The notes under the pieces: generated by a model
What the model saw: only the letters and a program-made list of their open reading frames with translations
Databases searched by the model: none
Told to the model about the DNA's origin: nothing
Position numbers and translations under genes: made by a program
Virus record (IMG/VR): IMGVR_UViG_3300047560_001157
Origin: an uncultured virus (IMG/VR IMGVR_UViG_3300047560_001157)
Lineage: Duplodnaviria; Heunggongvirae; Uroviricota; Caudoviricetes
Direction: 5' to 3' (one strand)
Length of the DNA stretch: 20,000 nt
Shown: positions 17,201-20,000 of the stretch, piece by piece
Layout: each line of letters begins with the position of its first letter
Position numbering within the stretch: position 1 is the first letter of the stretch

Positions 17201-17370
17201 TGATTGAATATGGTAAAGGTGATCCTATTATTTTTGCATTAGGTAAGCTAACCAAAGAAACAGCCGAGGGTGTTGAAGTTATGCGTAGTCTAGCAACAAA
17301 AATGGGGGCAGTGGTTTCTGCTAATAGCGATAGTGTACGCTACCTCAAGAAGATTGGCAACAACTTCTAA
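14224..17370 (+). CDS. Tail tape measure protein (gp29-like role)
   Basis: 1048 aa, Ala/Gly/Gln-rich helical sequence. Hydrophobic segment WLPIAIAALLAV, glycine zipper GGVAAAWAGGKIGAAVGAAIGVWFGGVGAGPGAIIGGLLG and periodic Trp (KWWQSW...VWDSI...DWVEDSW). Adjacent to gp26/gp51. Confidence 0.75.
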   Translation: MDREQIEAFKRAMQEVMGDRNPSAGRSSSSGDSDGATYKERIDNLLKSSKDATDSYKRLSASLRLTNRAQYEHKEALRQANNELYDLEEALRKHRAGTALLTPLQLKEVEARRKEISSMQDRGEVFQKFTGGVEKWGKFLIGYYGAVQMATIQGVGQVMSTIQSGGSGFAIANAQMEMELNIANVHAQQLATATQMAGTAVAAIPGFASKLLGLGMVLNAESNKVQSELKTAAARLYNQVLMTGGDQLLRAYKDLTKAGVVVAGGADDIAKALQFNGVMMMTFDQFKQGVQENADALVRTGMGIGQASLQMGRVAAQLRGQKLDRQLQAMGVSVEDFMGIAASEMAYMKQGQFGRSLKDSEILQRSVEYAQSLSIINQLTGKSIRDLKEKAKANQADFAYQQEMANLPDSVRATVTKAMDTFDDEIRRSIVQTAKFGVATGDSMKLLAARFPELQVIFRDAAKSMRNGTMTPDEAIKIRTRLSSVYQTIMKDQTFGTIAASNSKLAPAINSLSSMMVEGSRFTADAVKNIKENQRQTMEDAEEAGKTGKPKNMTQMLTDIEAAGRDLTAKFQQHIIDRLPEIGTKIKASLEEANRLIEEGLGGFQRKFGGGDIPGMGEINKWLPIAIAALLAVDALKLIRWATSGRFGGGTTTTATEGGAKVEEGKTRTERFKEWFKEKNPFKGKELTGSAKDVAEMELRSKAAAAEIRQAKIATALEKAAPLLKNVNRANIGVQTLMYGYEMNQIREKKNRGEITAEQANEEYTGKTAETAGGVAAAWAGGKIGAAVGAAIGVWFGGVGAGPGAIIGGLLGSIGAGVLYYMTDASKWVNKIGQSFSKWWQSWTFKGVWDSIGKTLGSTFTTISDWVEDSWKTVKQKFSNLNPMSWFGDDKPTTTNGKPRSAPSAPAGATVTVTGKLPEGLKAFDGALAVSLSSAGNAITFTANAKGILTSAFVDALKSAQGGAGPLGTTSVRPGDFYDPKAKKGKAFTENDLIEYGKGDPIIFALGKLTKETAEGVEVMRSLATKMGAVVSANSDSVRYLKKIGNNF

Positions 17371-17373
17371 TCA

Positions 17374-17381
17374 CTTAAATA
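17374..17381 (+). promoter_or_regulatory. Late promoter for portal
   Basis: CTTAAATA in the 33-nt intergenic gap before ATG 17404. Confidence 0.55.
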
Positions 17382-17403
17382 TACGACACGGAACCAATTA
17401 TAC

Positions 17404-19149
17404 ATGTCTTGGAAAAAATATTTTAAGAGCTCTAACATACCCCAGAATATGGGAGGTGCTGTTAGTCCATTCACATTCAATGGAAGCTCTACCCCTACTA
17501 ACCCTGGTTATCGCAACTGGCAAAGCAGTCTGCCAGAAATTTATATTGGACATCCAAATCGTGTTGAGCGATACAACCAGTATGAACAAATGGACATGGA
17601 CAGCGAAGTCAATGCGGCCCTAGACATTCTAGCAGAATTCAGCACACAAGACAACGAAGAGTATGGTAATGCTTTTACACTAGATTTCAAAGAGCAACCA
17701 ACTGAAAACGAAATTAAAATTATCAAAGAACAACTGCATCAGTGGGTAAGTCTCAATGAACTGAACAAACGTATCTTTCGTATTTTCCGTAGCGTTATCA
17801 AATACGGAGATCAAGTGTTTGTGCGTGATCCAGAAACATTCAAACTGTTCTGGGTTGAAATGTCAAAAGTGGTTAAGATTATTGTAAACGAAGCAGAGGG
17901 CAAACAGCCTGAGCAGTACATTATCAAAGACATTAATCCTAACCTGCAAAACCTAAGTGTAACCGCAGTAGCCGCAACAGACACATATATTAACCATCCG
18001 CAAGTGGGTGGACCCACTGGTAGCTATGTACAACCCAGCAATTATACAGCAGGTGGTAGCCGTTTTAGCCAGGCTAAAAACGAAGTAGCAATCAACGCAG
18101 AACACGTTTTACACATGAGTTTAACAGAGGGCCTGGACGTATATTGGCCGTTCGGCAACTCTGTTTTAGAGAACATTTTCAAGGTGTTTAAGCAGAAAGA
18201 ACTGCTGGAAGATGCTATTATTATCTACCGTGTACAACGTGCTCCAGAGCGTAGAATCTTCAAAATTGACGTAGGAAACATGCCAAGTCACATGGCTATG
18301 GCCTTTGTTGAGCGTATTAAAAACGAAGTGCATCAGCGTAGAATCCCCACACAAACAGGTGGCGGAACAAACATGATGGATGCTACTTACAACCCATTGA
18401 GCCAAAATGAAGACTATTTCTTCCCTGTTACAGCAGACGGCCGTGGGTCTAGCGTAGAGACACTAGCAGGCGGTCAGAACCTAGGTGAAATCACTGATTT
18501 ACACTTCTTTACCAACAAATTATTCCGTGGTTTACGCATTCCAAGTAGCTATTTGCCTACAGGACTAGACGACGGCGCACAGGGCAGTTTTACTGATGGT
18601 AAAGTAGGCACAGCACTGATTCAGGAATGGCGCTTTAACCAATACTGTTTGCGTTTACAAAAGATTGTTGCTGAATATCTAGACAAAGAGTTCAAGCTGT
18701 ACATGAAGTGGCGCGGTATTAGTATCGACGGACAACTGTTTGATCTTAAGTTTAATCCCCCACAGAACTTTGCACAGTACCGTCAAGCTGACGTTGATAT
18801 GGCACGTATCAACACATTTACACAGTTGGAGCAGTTTCCTTACTTCTCCAAACGTTTCCTAATGCAACGTTTCTTGGGCTTAACTGAACAAGAAATGACA
18901 GAAAACGAAAGCATGTGGGCAGAAGAACAAGGTGATGTTGAAACTGCACCTGCTGATGCTGCCGAGCTACGTTCAGTGGGCGTAACCCCAGGTGGCATCC
19001 AAAGCGACCTAGAAGCCGCAGACGTCCCTGCTGAAGGAGAGCCAGGAATGGGCATGCCAGGTGAAATGCCAGCTGGTCCAGGCATGGGCAGTCCAGTCCC
19101 AGGAGGCACAGCATCCACGCCTGCAAGCGGCATACCGCCGGCAATATAA
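17404..19149 (+). CDS. gp20: Portal vertex protein, T4 gp20-like
   Basis: YEQMDMDSEVNAALDI, LLEDAIIIYRVQRAPERRIFKIDVGNMP, EDYFFP, VETLAGGQNLGEITD, KLFRGLRIPSS; Pro/Gly-rich C-terminal tail. Confidence 0.96.
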   Translation: MSWKKYFKSSNIPQNMGGAVSPFTFNGSSTPTNPGYRNWQSSLPEIYIGHPNRVERYNQYEQMDMDSEVNAALDILAEFSTQDNEEYGNAFTLDFKEQPTENEIKIIKEQLHQWVSLNELNKRIFRIFRSVIKYGDQVFVRDPETFKLFWVEMSKVVKIIVNEAEGKQPEQYIIKDINPNLQNLSVTAVAATDTYINHPQVGGPTGSYVQPSNYTAGGSRFSQAKNEVAINAEHVLHMSLTEGLDVYWPFGNSVLENIFKVFKQKELLEDAIIIYRVQRAPERRIFKIDVGNMPSHMAMAFVERIKNEVHQRRIPTQTGGGTNMMDATYNPLSQNEDYFFPVTADGRGSSVETLAGGQNLGEITDLHFFTNKLFRGLRIPSSYLPTGLDDGAQGSFTDGKVGTALIQEWRFNQYCLRLQKIVAEYLDKEFKLYMKWRGISIDGQLFDLKFNPPQNFAQYRQADVDMARINTFTQLEQFPYFSKRFLMQRFLGLTEQEMTENESMWAEEQGDVETAPADAAELRSVGVTPGGIQSDLEAADVPAEGEPGMGMPGEMPAGPGMGSPVPGGTASTPASGIPPAI

Positions 19150-19158
19150 ACCGTTTTG

Positions 19159-19166
19159 GGTAAATA
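19159..19166 (+). promoter_or_regulatory. Late promoter candidate
   Basis: GGTAAATA ending 6 nt before ATG 19173. Confidence 0.45.
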
Positions 19167-19172
19167 CAAGTT

Positions 19173-19418
19173 ATGAATTTATACGAATTTTTTAATCCAG
19201 TATTGCCCGGACGTTACGAACCCGAAGAAGATCATACCACCATCAAGCTGGATGATCGACGCAAAACTAGACTCACATTAGCGCAGATTAACCGTTTGCG
19301 TATGATGAATGACGTTAAAAAAGTAGAACATGAGCAACAGCTCAAGAGGGTAAGCAAGCAATATAAAACAGCTCCGGAAGAGGGTGCAGCCGGTGTTGGA
19401 GCACCTGCAAGCCTATAA
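19173..19418 (+). CDS. Small basic hypothetical protein of the head cluster
   Basis: 81-aa ORF between portal and prohead core genes; DDRRKTRLTLAQINRLRMMND helical basic core. Confidence 0.75.
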   Translation: MNLYEFFNPVLPGRYEPEEDHTTIKLDDRRKTRLTLAQINRLRMMNDVKKVEHEQQLKRVSKQYKTAPEEGAAGVGAPASL

Positions 19419-19472
19419 ATTTTGCAAATCGCTCAAAAACATCCACATAACTGGCGAAATCTTAGCCGTTAT

Positions 19473-19480
19473 CTTAAATA
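19473..19480 (+). promoter_or_regulatory. Late promoter for prohead core gene
   Basis: CTTAAATA about 33 nt upstream of ATG 19514; strong AGAGGAG RBS at 19502-19508. Confidence 0.55.
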
Positions 19481-19513
19481 AAATAACATAGCCATATTAC
19501 TAGAGGAGTTCTC

Positions 19514-20000
19514 ATGAACAAATACGAACAGCTTATAGAACATATCATTAATGATGACGAAGACAAAGCTCGTGCTCTTTTCCACTCAATCGTGGTAGAG
19601 CGCAGCCGTGAAATCTATGAATCATTAATGGACGAAGAACCAGCAGTTAGCCATGATCGCGTGGGTAACCTTGCTCAAGAAGTTGCCATGGACGAAAATG
19701 GCATGACTGAAGAAGACGATGAATTGGGCATGCCAGGTGATGACATGTCCGGCGAGCCAGGCGGCGATGACATGCCAGGCGGCGATGACATGGGTGGTTT
19801 AGGCGGTGCTGGCGACAGCGAAGCTCCAGCTACCAAGTCTGACATTATGGACCTAGAGTCTGCAATTGACGAATTAAAAGCAGAATTTGATCGCTTGATG
19901 GGCGACGAAGAAGGCGGTGACGACTTCGGCGGCGATGACATGGGTGATGAAGAAGGCGACGATAACCCATTTGGCGGCAGCGACGAAGAGGGTGATGAAG
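19514..20000 (+). CDS. Prohead core/scaffolding protein, T4 gp67-like N-terminus with long acidic low-complexity region; runs off the window
   Basis: Absent from the ORF track (no stop in window). Hand translation: MNKYEQLIEHIINDDEDKARALFHSIVVERSREIYESLMDEE...GGDDMPGGDDMGG...IMDLESAIDELKAEFDRLMG... The LIE.I...D...AR.LF pattern, acidity and position after the portal match gp67. Confidence 0.7.
   Translation, partial: MNKYEQLIEHIINDDEDKARALFHSIVVERSREIYESLMDEEPAVSHDRVGNLAQEVAMDENGMTEEDDELGMPGDDMSGEPGGDDMPGGDDMGGLGGAGDSEAPATKSDIMDLESAIDELKAEFDRLMGDEEGGDDFGGDDMGDEEGDDNPFGGSDEEGDE

Noticed and set aside
19447..19472. Imperfect hairpin ATAAC-T-GGC...GCC-GTTAT before the gp67-like late promoter
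   Set aside because: Short, bulged and lacking a U-tract; not enough for a terminator call.
18818..19941. Alternative-frame or antisense ORFs 18818..19144, 18840..19169 and 19675..19941
   Set aside because: They arise from GC-rich low-complexity tails of the portal and gp67-like genes.

Overview
The window comes from a large T4-like tailed (myovirus-type) phage genome. From left to right it holds four blocks. (1) A minus-strand baseplate block: a gp5-like spike with a lysozyme-like domain (cut by the left edge and missing from the ORF track), a 1194-aa gp27/gpD-like hub, a gp53/LysM-like wedge protein and a gp48/54-like tube initiator. (2) A plus-strand block: gp55 late sigma factor, gp47 (Mre11/SbcD-like), radical SAM #1, gp46 (Rad50/SbcC-like), radical SAM #2 and an Hjc-type PD-(D/E)XK nuclease, followed by about 425 nt of non-coding DNA. 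(3) A minus-strand gp26-like/gp51-like pair. (4) A plus-strand tape measure, gp20 portal, small hypothetical and gp67-like prohead core protein. Four observations stand out. First, the non-coding stretch behind the nuclease folds by hand into an ornate plus-strand RNA with many G-U pairs, a GNRA tetraloop and two apparent pseudoknots, and I cannot assign it to a known family. Second, a T-TTT-TTC slippery site would fuse gp26 and gp51 by a -1 frameshift, as in tail chaperones. Third, two paralogous radical SAM/Twitch genes are interleaved in the recombination-nuclease operon. Fourth, a palindrome overlaps back-to-back sigma70-like and late promoters. All calls come from motif recognition by eye; no searches or folding programs were run.
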